A stretch of 64,000 nt of DNA. Source: Vicinamibacteria bacterium. GTDB lineage: Bacteria; Acidobacteriota; Vicinamibacteria; Vicinamibacterales; UBA8438. Made by a program: the position numbers and the translations under genes. Under the pieces are notes generated by a model. The model was not told the origin of the DNA. It worked only from the letters and a program-made list of their open reading frames with translations, and did no database searches. This document shows, piece by piece, positions 29,995 through 37,753 of the stretch (its first letter is position 1; the number at the start of each line of letters is the position of its first letter). The stretch covers positions 15,686 through 79,685 of the forward strand of contig CAUZDS010000010.1 in assembly GCA_963578725.1 (NCBI GenBank), read 5' to 3'.

Positions 29995-30729
29995 CTACTC
30001 GATGCGCGCGAACCCGACGTACGGATCCCACGGGAAGCGCTTGATCTCCAACCGATTCAGCCCTATCGCCTCCACCGTCGCCAGCGTCTCCCCCGGCCAG
30101 ATCGGATTGTCGAGCTCGTCGAACGCGATCACCGCGCCCTTCGGCATCCGCGGCACCAAGTGCTCGAGCGCCGTCCGCGTGGGCTCGTACAGATCCAAGT
30201 CGAGGAAGAGCAGGCTCACAACGAGGTGACCATGTTCAGCCAGGAACGCCGGGATGGTCTTGGTTACGTCGCCCTTGACGAGGTGCACCTTATCGATGTG
30301 CCCCAGAAACCGGTCCGAATCGTAGACTCGGATGAGCTCCTGCAGCTCGTCGTATGCGTCGGCCCGAAGCCCTCCCTCGTGGGGTGACTGCCGCGGGTTA
30401 CGGTCCTTGTCCGCCACGCCGGGAAAGCCCTCGAAGCTGTCGAAGCCGTAGATCCGGCGCGTCAGGTTCGCGGGCTCCAGCACGGCGCTCAAGTGTGCCC
30501 AGGTCATCAGGCTGAAGCCACGGAATACCCCGCACTCGACGATCGACCCCTTGACGTCCAGGACGCTCTTGAACAGCTCGTAGAGGGTGATGAAACGTGT
30601 GATCGTCTTGCGCCGCGCGTAGCGCGGAAAAGTCTCGAGCCGCGTGTCGACGCTGTCACGGCTCGTCTCGAAGATACGCTCGAGCTCGGCCCCGACGCCC
30701 TCCTCGGCTGCGGTGCGCAGAGCCTTCAT
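29995..30729 (-). CDS. TylF/MycF-family (macrocin-type) O-methyltransferase
   Basis: 244 aa. IVECGVFRGFSLM and YGFDSFEGFP motifs characteristic of TylF-like sugar O-methyltransferases. Confidence 0.85.
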   Translation of the reverse strand: MKALRTAAEEGVGAELERIFETSRDSVDTRLETFPRYARRKTITRFITLYELFKSVLDVKGSIVECGVFRGFSLMTWAHLSAVLEPANLTRRIYGFDSFEGFPGVADKDRNPRQSPHEGGLRADAYDELQELIRVYDSDRFLGHIDKVHLVKGDVTKTIPAFLAEHGHLVVSLLFLDLDLYEPTRTALEHLVPRMPKGAVIAFDELDNPIWPGETLATVEAIGLNRLEIKRFPWDPYVGFARIE

Positions 30730-31373
30730 CGCGACCTCTCTCGTGGACGGCGTTGTGCGGCACGCCCACCGAACAGCGCGAGTACCGTGCTCGCGAGGAT
30801 TGCCACATCCACGCCCAACGATCGTCGCCGAACGTACTCGAGGCCAAGGCGGATCTTCTCCGGTCGTATGAGGTCGACGTATGCCGCGTCCGGATCTGGA
30901 TGCCCACGAAGGATCTCACCTTCGTGGCGGAACTGGATCGAGGCATAGTCGGTGACGCCCGGTGGCACAGTCAACAGCGCCCGCTCCTCCTCCGTATACA
31001 TCGCGACGTCGTGCTCCACCTGCGGGCGCGGGCCGACGAGGCTCATCTCCCCCCTGAGCACGTTGATGAGCTGCGGTAGCTCGTCGAGCTTGTAGGCCCG
31101 GAGCACCGCGCCGACCCGGGTGATGCGCCGATCGTCGTCCGCGGTGGACGTACCGCCTCTTTGTTCAGCGTCCGCCACCATGGTGCGGAACTTTAGCATA
31201 TGGAAGCGGCGGCCGTGCCGGCCGACGCGCAGCCCTCGATAGAAGATCGGCCCCGAAGAGTCGAGCACGATCGCCAGGGCCGTCGCCGCAAACAGCGGGG
31301 TGGTCAGCACCAGCAGCAAAGCGACGCCGACCAGATCCAGCAACCGCTTCGCAAACGGATACCACATGCTCAA
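30726..31373 (-). CDS. Polyprenyl-phosphate sugar-1-phosphate transferase (small 'bacterial sugar transferase', PglC/WbaP-C-like)
   Basis: 215 aa. One N-terminal TM, KFRTM, and DELPQLINVLRGEMSLVGPRP. Confidence 0.9.
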   Translation of the reverse strand: MSMWYPFAKRLLDLVGVALLLVLTTPLFAATALAIVLDSSGPIFYRGLRVGRHGRRFHMLKFRTMVADAEQRGGTSTADDDRRITRVGAVLRAYKLDELPQLINVLRGEMSLVGPRPQVEHDVAMYTEEERALLTVPPGVTDYASIQFRHEGEILRGHPDPDAAYVDLIRPEKIRLGLEYVRRRSLGVDVAILASTVLALFGGRAAQRRPRERSR

Positions 31374-31444
31374 CGAGCTTTCTCAGCGCCACCGTCCTCG
31401 GCGCCGCAGCTTGCTCCAAGGGTGGGTTCAGGTGCACACGCTCT

Positions 31445-31541
31445 AGAGGAGTCCGTGGTGAAAGCCCCGCTGCATTCGACCGGCGCTGCATCCCGCCTGG
31501 ACGGCGTTGCTCCTCGGTCACAAATGCCCAAATTTGCTCCC
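31445..31541 (+). repeat. Copy B of the ~100-nt conserved intergenic element
   Basis: gAGGAGTCCGTGGTGAAagCCCCgcTgcaTTCgACCGGCGctGCATCcCGcCTGGACGGCGTTGcTCCTCGGTCACAaatgCCcaAATtTGCTCCC. It aligns with the reverse complement of 7558-7656. It lies in the 319-bp gap between two minus-strand genes, 72 nt from the sugar-transferase start. Confidence 0.7.
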
Positions 31542-31692
31542 TCGTCGCGCCTTGTCAACCGGGCGCATCGCCGGTCTCGGTGCAACGCGGGGTTCCACCA
31601 CGGGCTCCTAGGCCAGGACACCCGCCAACCGCCCGAGGTGACGTCGGTTAACCCTGGGACCATGCGATCGACATACGAGGCGGGCACAGATG

Positions 31693-32775
31693 TCAGGTCG
31701 CCCGTGCTTGACCGGCGCCGGCCAGGACTTCGAGTATCGTGTCCGCGCCGACGGCTGCACTCTTGCCCACGTTGAAGACCACTTCGTCGCGCAAACGCGC
31801 GAGCCCTGCGGGCTCCGCGGTCTTCAGTGAAAGCAGTTCCCTCGCGACGCTCGGGGTGTCGACGGCCGCCTGCGGCTCGAGCACGCGACCGAGGCGCTCG
31901 CGTATGCCGACTTCCACCGGCTCCAAACCGAGGGCCGCGTACGGCGGGTTGCGGACCTTTCGCGGCGTGTCGATGAACAGTACCGGCCGGCCCGTGCTCA
32001 GTCCGAACTCCAAGGCCGCCCCTGACCAGTCGCTGACGAGCAGGCCGGCCTCGCAAAACGATCGATCGGCGTGCGCGGCCGTATCGAGCTCGAAGCGCGA
32101 CACGCCGTCGAACGCCGCCAGGATGGCCAAGAGCGCCGGAGACGCCATTCGCCATTGCATAGGATGGGGGCGGAGTCGCACCCGATATCCCCCGTCGAGC
32201 AACGCCTTGATTACCGCCTGACCATTGTGTTCGATGAGGGAGCTCGCTCCCCACGACGGGGCGACGAGGATAACCGGGTCGGTCGCGCTGGGCCTGACGT
32301 CTTGAGTGGCAAGCAGCAGCGCGTCAAGACGTGTCGAACCGTGATCGACCAGATGCTTTGCTCGGACACCGTATCGGTTTTCGCGCGCCCTGATCTCGCG
32401 GCTGTGATGCGGCCCCACGCACAAGACGGTATCGTAGGCGTCGAACGAGTCGGCGCGGTAGATCATGTGCGTGCTGTTGATGGCGTGGAATACGTAGACG
32501 TAGTGCACCGGGTGTATCGACCGCTTGAGGTGGAACACCCCGAGGTCGGGCATCGTCATGACGACAAGGTCGGCGTCGAGCGCTCGGAACAGGATCGTTC
32601 GCGCGTGGCCCTCACCGATGTGGAAGGCGGACACGAGAGCAGATTCCAACTGGAATATGGGGTCGTCCGCTGCGGTGGCCAGGACGCTCACGGGCTGCCC
32701 GTGTGTGTCGACCAACCGACGCAGGATGCCGGACAGGTGCGGCCAGTCAGCGGCGCTCTCGACATAGAACACCAC
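31693..32775 (-). CDS. TagF-like CDP-alcohol phosphotransferase family protein (putative phospho-substituent transferase)
   Basis: ILVAPSWG (cf. YAPTWR), RLRPHP and LLVSDWSGAALEFGLSTGRPVLFID (cf. LITDYSS..FDF...KP.IF) resemble the CDP-glycerol glycerophosphotransferase family. Start set at GTG 32775, downstream of the preceding gene's stop. The listed ORF start 32967 overlaps that gene. Confidence 0.6.
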   Translation of the reverse strand: MVFYVESAADWPHLSGILRRLVDTHGQPVSVLATAADDPIFQLESALVSAFHIGEGHARTILFRALDADLVVMTMPDLGVFHLKRSIHPVHYVYVFHAINSTHMIYRADSFDAYDTVLCVGPHHSREIRARENRYGVRAKHLVDHGSTRLDALLLATQDVRPSATDPVILVAPSWGASSLIEHNGQAVIKALLDGGYRVRLRPHPMQWRMASPALLAILAAFDGVSRFELDTAAHADRSFCEAGLLVSDWSGAALEFGLSTGRPVLFIDTPRKVRNPPYAALGLEPVEVGIRERLGRVLEPQAAVDTPSVARELLSLKTAEPAGLARLRDEVVFNVGKSAAVGADTILEVLAGAGQARAT

Positions 32776-32839
32776 GCGCCGGCGTTCGCGAGGCTGGCGG
32801 GCAAAGCGCCAGGCCGCGGCCAAAGGGTGAGGCCTGCGT

Positions 32840-33622
32840 TCAGTCGAGCACGCAGAACCGGTCAAGGGTGTCCTCGCGCGCGAGACGAGCGTAGAGCTCG
32901 AGGTCAGCCACCGTGTCGACTTCGAGCCAGCCTCCCGCTTGCGAAACGGCGTGGACGCGCAGGCCATGCTCGATGAGCAACTGGAGCAAGTCGGTCATAT
33001 GCAGCTGATCGCGCCCACGGCCCCTGAACACCGTGGCGCGATCGAGACTGTCGTAGAGCTTCAGCACTCGAGGCATTGCCGCGGCGGCGATGCGGAACAG
33101 GCCGATGTATTGCGCATCGATCTGATCGTAACTGTCGGCTACGGCCCCGACCTCCCGGATGAGACCGTCCGGGCCGAGGCGCAGCGTTTCCGCGTCTGTC
33201 AGGGGATTCGCCATCCGAGCCTCCCAGTACGTCCGCCACGCCGAGTCGACAACCACGGCCACGTCACCGACCGAATCCGCCAGCCTCCGAGCCACCCTCG
33301 GCTCGAACACGACGTCGCCATACGTCACGATCACGTCGTCGGTCGATTCGAGCCACGACCGTGCGGCCATGAGGCTGGTGACCATGTTCGTGGTTTCGTA
33401 GTCGGGATTCTCGAACACCCGACATCCCTGCGCGGCTGCGCGCACCTGGCTGGCACGATACCCCGCCACGACCGCGATGTCGCGCACGCCGATGGTCCGC
33501 AGCGTACTCAGCTGTCGGTCGAGCAGCGAGCGGCCGTTCAGGGGAATCAGGCACTTCGGCCGCACGGCGGTATGCGGCATCAATCTGGTACCCTGACCGG
33601 CCGCGAGAATCACCGCCTTCAT
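32840..33622 (-). CDS. LicC-like nucleotidyltransferase (putative cytidylyltransferase, Cj1416-like role)
   Basis: MKAVILAAGQGTRLMPHT..PKCLIPL (G-x-G-T-R-L NTP-transferase signature). About 260 aa. ATG 33622 overlaps the upstream stop (ATGA). Confidence 0.85.
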   Translation of the reverse strand: MKAVILAAGQGTRLMPHTAVRPKCLIPLNGRSLLDRQLSTLRTIGVRDIAVVAGYRASQVRAAAQGCRVFENPDYETTNMVTSLMAARSWLESTDDVIVTYGDVVFEPRVARRLADSVGDVAVVVDSAWRTYWEARMANPLTDAETLRLGPDGLIREVGAVADSYDQIDAQYIGLFRIAAAAMPRVLKLYDSLDRATVFRGRGRDQLHMTDLLQLLIEHGLRVHAVSQAGGWLEVDTVADLELYARLAREDTLDRFCVLD

Positions 33623-34260
33623 CGGTCTCCCCGGAGCCACGCGACCAGCGCGCGGGCCGTCGCTTCAGGCACCCCCACCCGCTCGGGGTGCCACATGACC
33701 CCGAGGAAGGGCTGCTCGCGATGGACGAACGCCTCGACCGAGGCCCCGCCGTCTGCGAGCGCCAAGGGGCGCAGGCCATCCGCCAGGTCGTCCGAGGGAA
33801 TGACCCACCGGTGAAAGCTATTGACGTCGAATCGCTCGGGCCAGTCCGCTGGCGCCGGTCCAACGACGTGCACCCGATGGGGACGCGCGACGTGCCGATC
33901 GTCCTGGACAAGGCGTCCCCCGGCGAGCGCGTGGAGTACCTGCGCCCCCCGACAGATGCCCAGCACCGGTGCCCCCCGTCCCGCAGCGATGTCCACGAGT
34001 TGGGCCTCGAGGCGATCACGTTCCGGCGCAGTTCCTTCGGTCGTCGACGCGAGGCCAGTGTCGTTACCACCGCTCAGCACGAGGCCATCGATCCCCAGAT
34101 CGTCAAAGAAGATGGATGGCGCGGCCAACACGTTTGGCACCGGTATCGGGAGACAGTCGCCTTCGATCAACAAGCGGGCGAGAGCCTGATCAAGGCAGTC
34201 CCATCGCTCACACCGACTGTCCGGCACGAACACACGGGTGGTCACCGCGATGCGTCTCAC
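33619..34260 (-). CDS. Peptidase C26 / class-I glutamine-amidotransferase-like gamma-glutamyl amidohydrolase (Cj1417-like role)
   Basis: 213 aa. Nucleophile elbow GICRGAQVL and the His-Glu pair in GVMWHPER. The start overlaps the upstream stop by 4 nt. Confidence 0.85.
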   Translation of the reverse strand: MRRIAVTTRVFVPDSRCERWDCLDQALARLLIEGDCLPIPVPNVLAAPSIFFDDLGIDGLVLSGGNDTGLASTTEGTAPERDRLEAQLVDIAAGRGAPVLGICRGAQVLHALAGGRLVQDDRHVARPHRVHVVGPAPADWPERFDVNSFHRWVIPSDDLADGLRPLALADGGASVEAFVHREQPFLGVMWHPERVGVPEATARALVAWLRGDR

Positions 34261-37200
34261 AGGAGCCGCTCGAGCCGCTGACTCTCGGAGTCGACGAGAA
34301 CTGTCTTGGCGGGTTGGAGTTGGTCGCGGAGGACCGGCCCGATTCCAATCGCGGCAGGCAGCCCCAACTCCGCCGCACGCACTGCCATGTGGGAATTGGC
34401 CCCGCCGAAGACCGTGACCAAGCCGGCGATGCCCTCGGTGAAGAGCCAGTCGTAGCCGGGATCAGCCTGCGGCACCATGACGACGGCCCCGCGCAACGCC
34501 TGCTCGGGTCGTGTGACGTGCTCGAGCACTACAAGGGGACCGATTGCCCGACTGCGGCCGACGAAATTCGGCCGCCCCCGCGACAGGCGAAACCCCCACA
34601 GGTCTCGCGACTCGAAGATGAGGGGCGGGAGCTCCACAGCCTGCACGACCGCATACCAGTCACGACCGTCCTCGACCCAGCCATGGAGATGTGTCGAGCT
34701 TGCATTACCGACCAGGAGCGCCTCGAAGTGTCTCCAGTCCAGGTATGACAGGTCGTCACGGGACAGACCGGCGGTTGAGCCAAGCTCCACGAGAGCATCG
34801 AGGGCCAGGCTCAGGTTGCGCGTGAAACGAAACTTCGCGAGCTCCCGACCTTCGATCGATTCCCGACAAAAGCGCTCGAAACGTGTGACGTCGTCGTCCA
34901 GTCCCAGGGCGCGCAGGCTGTTCGCGAGACGCGAGGCCGCACCCGGAGGCCACGCAAAGTCCGACGGACCGGGCGCCAGCGTCTCCTCTCCGGCCGGCGT
35001 GACGTCCATCTCGGCATAGGTCGGCGCCGTGATTTCATAGGTGCCGGGCCGCAGGTGTCCGTAGTCCGCCAAGAAGTCGTCGCGCGCCAGCGTCCGTGCC
35101 GACACGCGCCCGGCATCCCGAACGAACCGGTTCGTCACCGTACACAACGATCGCATGAAGGCGGACAGCGTCTGCTCGTCGATGATGTCCTCGCTGACGG
35201 CGCTGCGGAGCAGCGACGTGGCGATGAATGCGCGCCGGGCCAGATGAGCGAACGGCAACGTGCCAAATCGTGCGCAGTCATCGAGCAACGCGGCGGCGCG
35301 ATGGAGTGGCCGCCGGCCGCGGTTCAGGATCGCAGCCCGCCGCTGCTCCAAGATCTCGATCGATCTCAGATACACATCGGAGTCCGTCATCCCGCTCCGC
35401 GTAATGTCCGCCAGTGCCGCCCGTAGTGGGCCCAGACCCTCGGCGGGATACCCGTCAGCACACAGCGCGCCGAACCGCCGCTCGAGATCGAGGGTCAGAC
35501 ATGTCAGCGCGACATCGAACTCGATCTTGTCGTGGAGCTCCGGTTCCCGACGCAGCTTCGTCAGATAGGCGTCGACCAGTTGGCCGGCCAGGGGCTCCGC
35601 GAGGGCGGCCGGCACGAACGAGTTGAAGCTGGCGCGAACGTCGACATACGGATGGCCGGCGAGACTGACCACCAGCCGCGCCGGTCGGAGGTCCCGATAC
35701 CCGGACTGCGCCCGTTGCTTCGCCCACACATCATCCGTCACGAGGCGCCGATAGAGGCTGAAGGCCAACGGCCGCGGGCGCTCACCGATGATCTCGGCCG
35801 GATTCCAATCCGGCATGATGCCCCAGGCGGCGGTTCGGCCGACCTGAAACGGCGGCGGGGTCGCGGCGTCCTCGAGGAAGGTCGCGGTCGCTTCGAGCGT
35901 CGCCTGCACTCGCGCGTCACTCGCGGTCCAGGCGCTGTAGTCCGTCGCGATCGGCCGGAGTTGCAGGACCACGACCCTTCCGGCCTCATCCACGGCGAAC
36001 TCGACATCGAGCGCATCGTGGCCGACGAGCCCCTCGAGCTCCGCGAGCGCCGGCAGCACGCGTGACACGATCCCCGAGTCGCCGGTGCTCCGTGTCCCGG
36101 CTTCGTCGCTGAGCACCCGCCGATGCACGAAGATGGTCTCGATGTGCTCACCGCGCCCGGAGGTCACTCCGTTCGTCGAGCTGGTGTTTTCCTCGTAGCT
36201 GAGCACGTAGTACGGGCCACCCCGCCGGATCGTTCTGGTCATGGCGACGCCGGTGGCCATCGGATCCTGCAGCAGCGGTTGGACGAGCACTTGATCCTCG
36301 CCCTCGGCTTCGCCGTACGACGCGATGACACGCCCGACCGCCGCTTTCACTTGTGCGCGGTCGTCAGCCGAGACGTCGGCGACCGAGAGGAACCGACCCG
36401 CCTGGGACGCCACCCACCGGTCTTCGCGCTTCGTGCTGCTCCGGACGATGACCTGCCGCCCCGCGAAGCGCGACCCGATCCGGTCAAGCATCGCGGCCGA
36501 ACTCTGGCGCCATTCGCGGACCGTGCACGCGACCGACTCCAGCACGTGGCAGCGCTGAACAATGGGAGCGAGCCGATCCAGCGTATCGGCCTTTGATCCG
36601 AGTATGAACCGGGCAACCTCTTGCGGTGTGTCAAAGCTTGCCCACTCGCCTGCCGAGTCGAGCCCCCTGACTGGCACACCCCGCTCCACGAGTGTCGCGA
36701 TCAGCTTTGGCAGATTCCAGGACCGCCAGGCCTGTCGTGCCGTCTCGGGGATGGCAAGCAGCACGGCAACGGCCTCGGGCGACAGCTTCAGCAGCCCAAC
36801 GTACTGCGCGTCCGCCGTCTCCGGCGCCACGTCGGTACCAATCGCCGTGATCCGCGGCGGAGCGCCGCTCCGGGATGGAGCCAGACGGACCAACTCCAAG
36901 CTCTTCCGCCGTGAACCCCTGCGTTGCCACTGGCGGTCAACCGCCGCCACGGCCACGGCGTCCGCGCGCATCATCTGCTCAACGAGCGTCGCGGACACCA
37001 TCACGTCTCCGTAGATCACGTAGTAGGTCCGCGACGGTTCCAACGGCACGATCAAGAGAGATCCCGCGCTCCCGGTCGTCGCCCACTCCGGATTCATCGA
37101 GTAGCGCAAGTCAGGGTACCGACTCACGATCTCCTCGAACCGGTATCCTCCTACAAAGTGCACTTCCGGCTGCTGGGCCGCGAACGCGTGCAGGCACCAC

Positions 37201-37313
37201 TGGAGCGCGGCCACGCGTCCCGCTCCCTCGCTGAGCGCCGCTGGAGTCTGACCGCGAAAAGGCCTGCCGGCACCGAGTATCACGAGCGACGGTCGGGACG
37301 GGACGGTCGCCAT
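34257..37313 (-). CDS. Fusion protein: degenerate LicC-like nucleotidyltransferase domain + PPDK_N-type ATP-grasp + PEP-utilizer phosphohistidine swivel domain (putative glutamine-kinase-like enzyme, Cj1418-like role)
   Basis: The N-terminal ~250 aa (LVILGAGRPFRG...YVIYGDVMV...AQYVGLLKL) parallels the neighbouring LicC-like protein. The central region resembles the PEP/pyruvate-binding ATP-grasp. The C-terminus carries GLVTVFGGANSHMAVRAAELGLPAAIGIG with the phospho-carrier His. Start placed at ATG 37313 (TGATG overlap with the upstream ORF). The TTG 37427 extension has lower GC3 than the competing frame. Confidence 0.85.
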   Translation of the reverse strand: MATVPSRPSLVILGAGRPFRGQTPAALSEGAGRVAALQWCLHAFAAQQPEVHFVGGYRFEEIVSRYPDLRYSMNPEWATTGSAGSLLIVPLEPSRTYYVIYGDVMVSATLVEQMMRADAVAVAAVDRQWQRRGSRRKSLELVRLAPSRSGAPPRITAIGTDVAPETADAQYVGLLKLSPEAVAVLLAIPETARQAWRSWNLPKLIATLVERGVPVRGLDSAGEWASFDTPQEVARFILGSKADTLDRLAPIVQRCHVLESVACTVREWRQSSAAMLDRIGSRFAGRQVIVRSSTKREDRWVASQAGRFLSVADVSADDRAQVKAAVGRVIASYGEAEGEDQVLVQPLLQDPMATGVAMTRTIRRGGPYYVLSYEENTSSTNGVTSGRGEHIETIFVHRRVLSDEAGTRSTGDSGIVSRVLPALAELEGLVGHDALDVEFAVDEAGRVVVLQLRPIATDYSAWTASDARVQATLEATATFLEDAATPPPFQVGRTAAWGIMPDWNPAEIIGERPRPLAFSLYRRLVTDDVWAKQRAQSGYRDLRPARLVVSLAGHPYVDVRASFNSFVPAALAEPLAGQLVDAYLTKLRREPELHDKIEFDVALTCLTLDLERRFGALCADGYPAEGLGPLRAALADITRSGMTDSDVYLRSIEILEQRRAAILNRGRRPLHRAAALLDDCARFGTLPFAHLARRAFIATSLLRSAVSEDIIDEQTLSAFMRSLCTVTNRFVRDAGRVSARTLARDDFLADYGHLRPGTYEITAPTYAEMDVTPAGEETLAPGPSDFAWPPGAASRLANSLRALGLDDDVTRFERFCRESIEGRELAKFRFTRNLSLALDALVELGSTAGLSRDDLSYLDWRHFEALLVGNASSTHLHGWVEDGRDWYAVVQAVELPPLIFESRDLWGFRLSRGRPNFVGRSRAIGPLVVLEHVTRPEQALRGAVVMVPQADPGYDWLFTEGIAGLVTVFGGANSHMAVRAAELGLPAAIGIGPVLRDQLQPAKTVLVDSESQRLERLL

Positions 37314-37753
37314 CACGGCGCTCGCGATTCCGACTCGGGAAAGAGTCGGTGCACGACAGCCGCCCGGAGCCGACTGGCCATGAGGTGATATGCGTCTGGC
37401 CGCCCCGGATCCTGCGGAACGGCCCAACCAGGCACCGCCACGACCTTGCGATCATTCACATCCACCTGCGGTGGCGGCCGGCTGATCGTGGCGCGCGTAC
37501 CAACCCCTGTCGCGCGACGGAGAGCCTCCTCGTGAGGCGCCGACGAGCCTGCAGGTCCTTCCGGGTTACGCTGTGGCCAGTGCTCCGCCAGGCGGCTGAC
37601 GAGCGCCGTGGTCGATACCAGGCTGTCTGCGGTGCGCGCGACCGGTCGGTCGGCAACCCACGAGCGGAGCGTACGCGCGAGGGTGGCGGCCAGACCCCCC
37701 GCGTCACCGTGCGGAACGGAGCCCGGAGCAAATTCGGACGCTCCACCCGTCAC
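37313..37753 (-). CDS. Hypothetical protein (~146 aa), translationally coupled on both sides
   Basis: GTG 37753 overlaps the sulfatase-like stop (GTGA). Its TGA overlaps the kinase ATG (TGATG). Hand-counted GC3 is 21/30 in its last 30 codons versus 22/38 for the competing N-terminal extension of the kinase. No motif recognised. The sequence is Ala/Arg/Pro-rich, so it could still be spurious. Confidence 0.4.
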   Translation of the reverse strand: MTGGASEFAPGSVPHGDAGGLAATLARTLRSWVADRPVARTADSLVSTTALVSRLAEHWPQRNPEGPAGSSAPHEEALRRATGVGTRATISRPPPQVDVNDRKVVAVPGWAVPQDPGRPDAYHLMASRLRAAVVHRLFPESESRAP

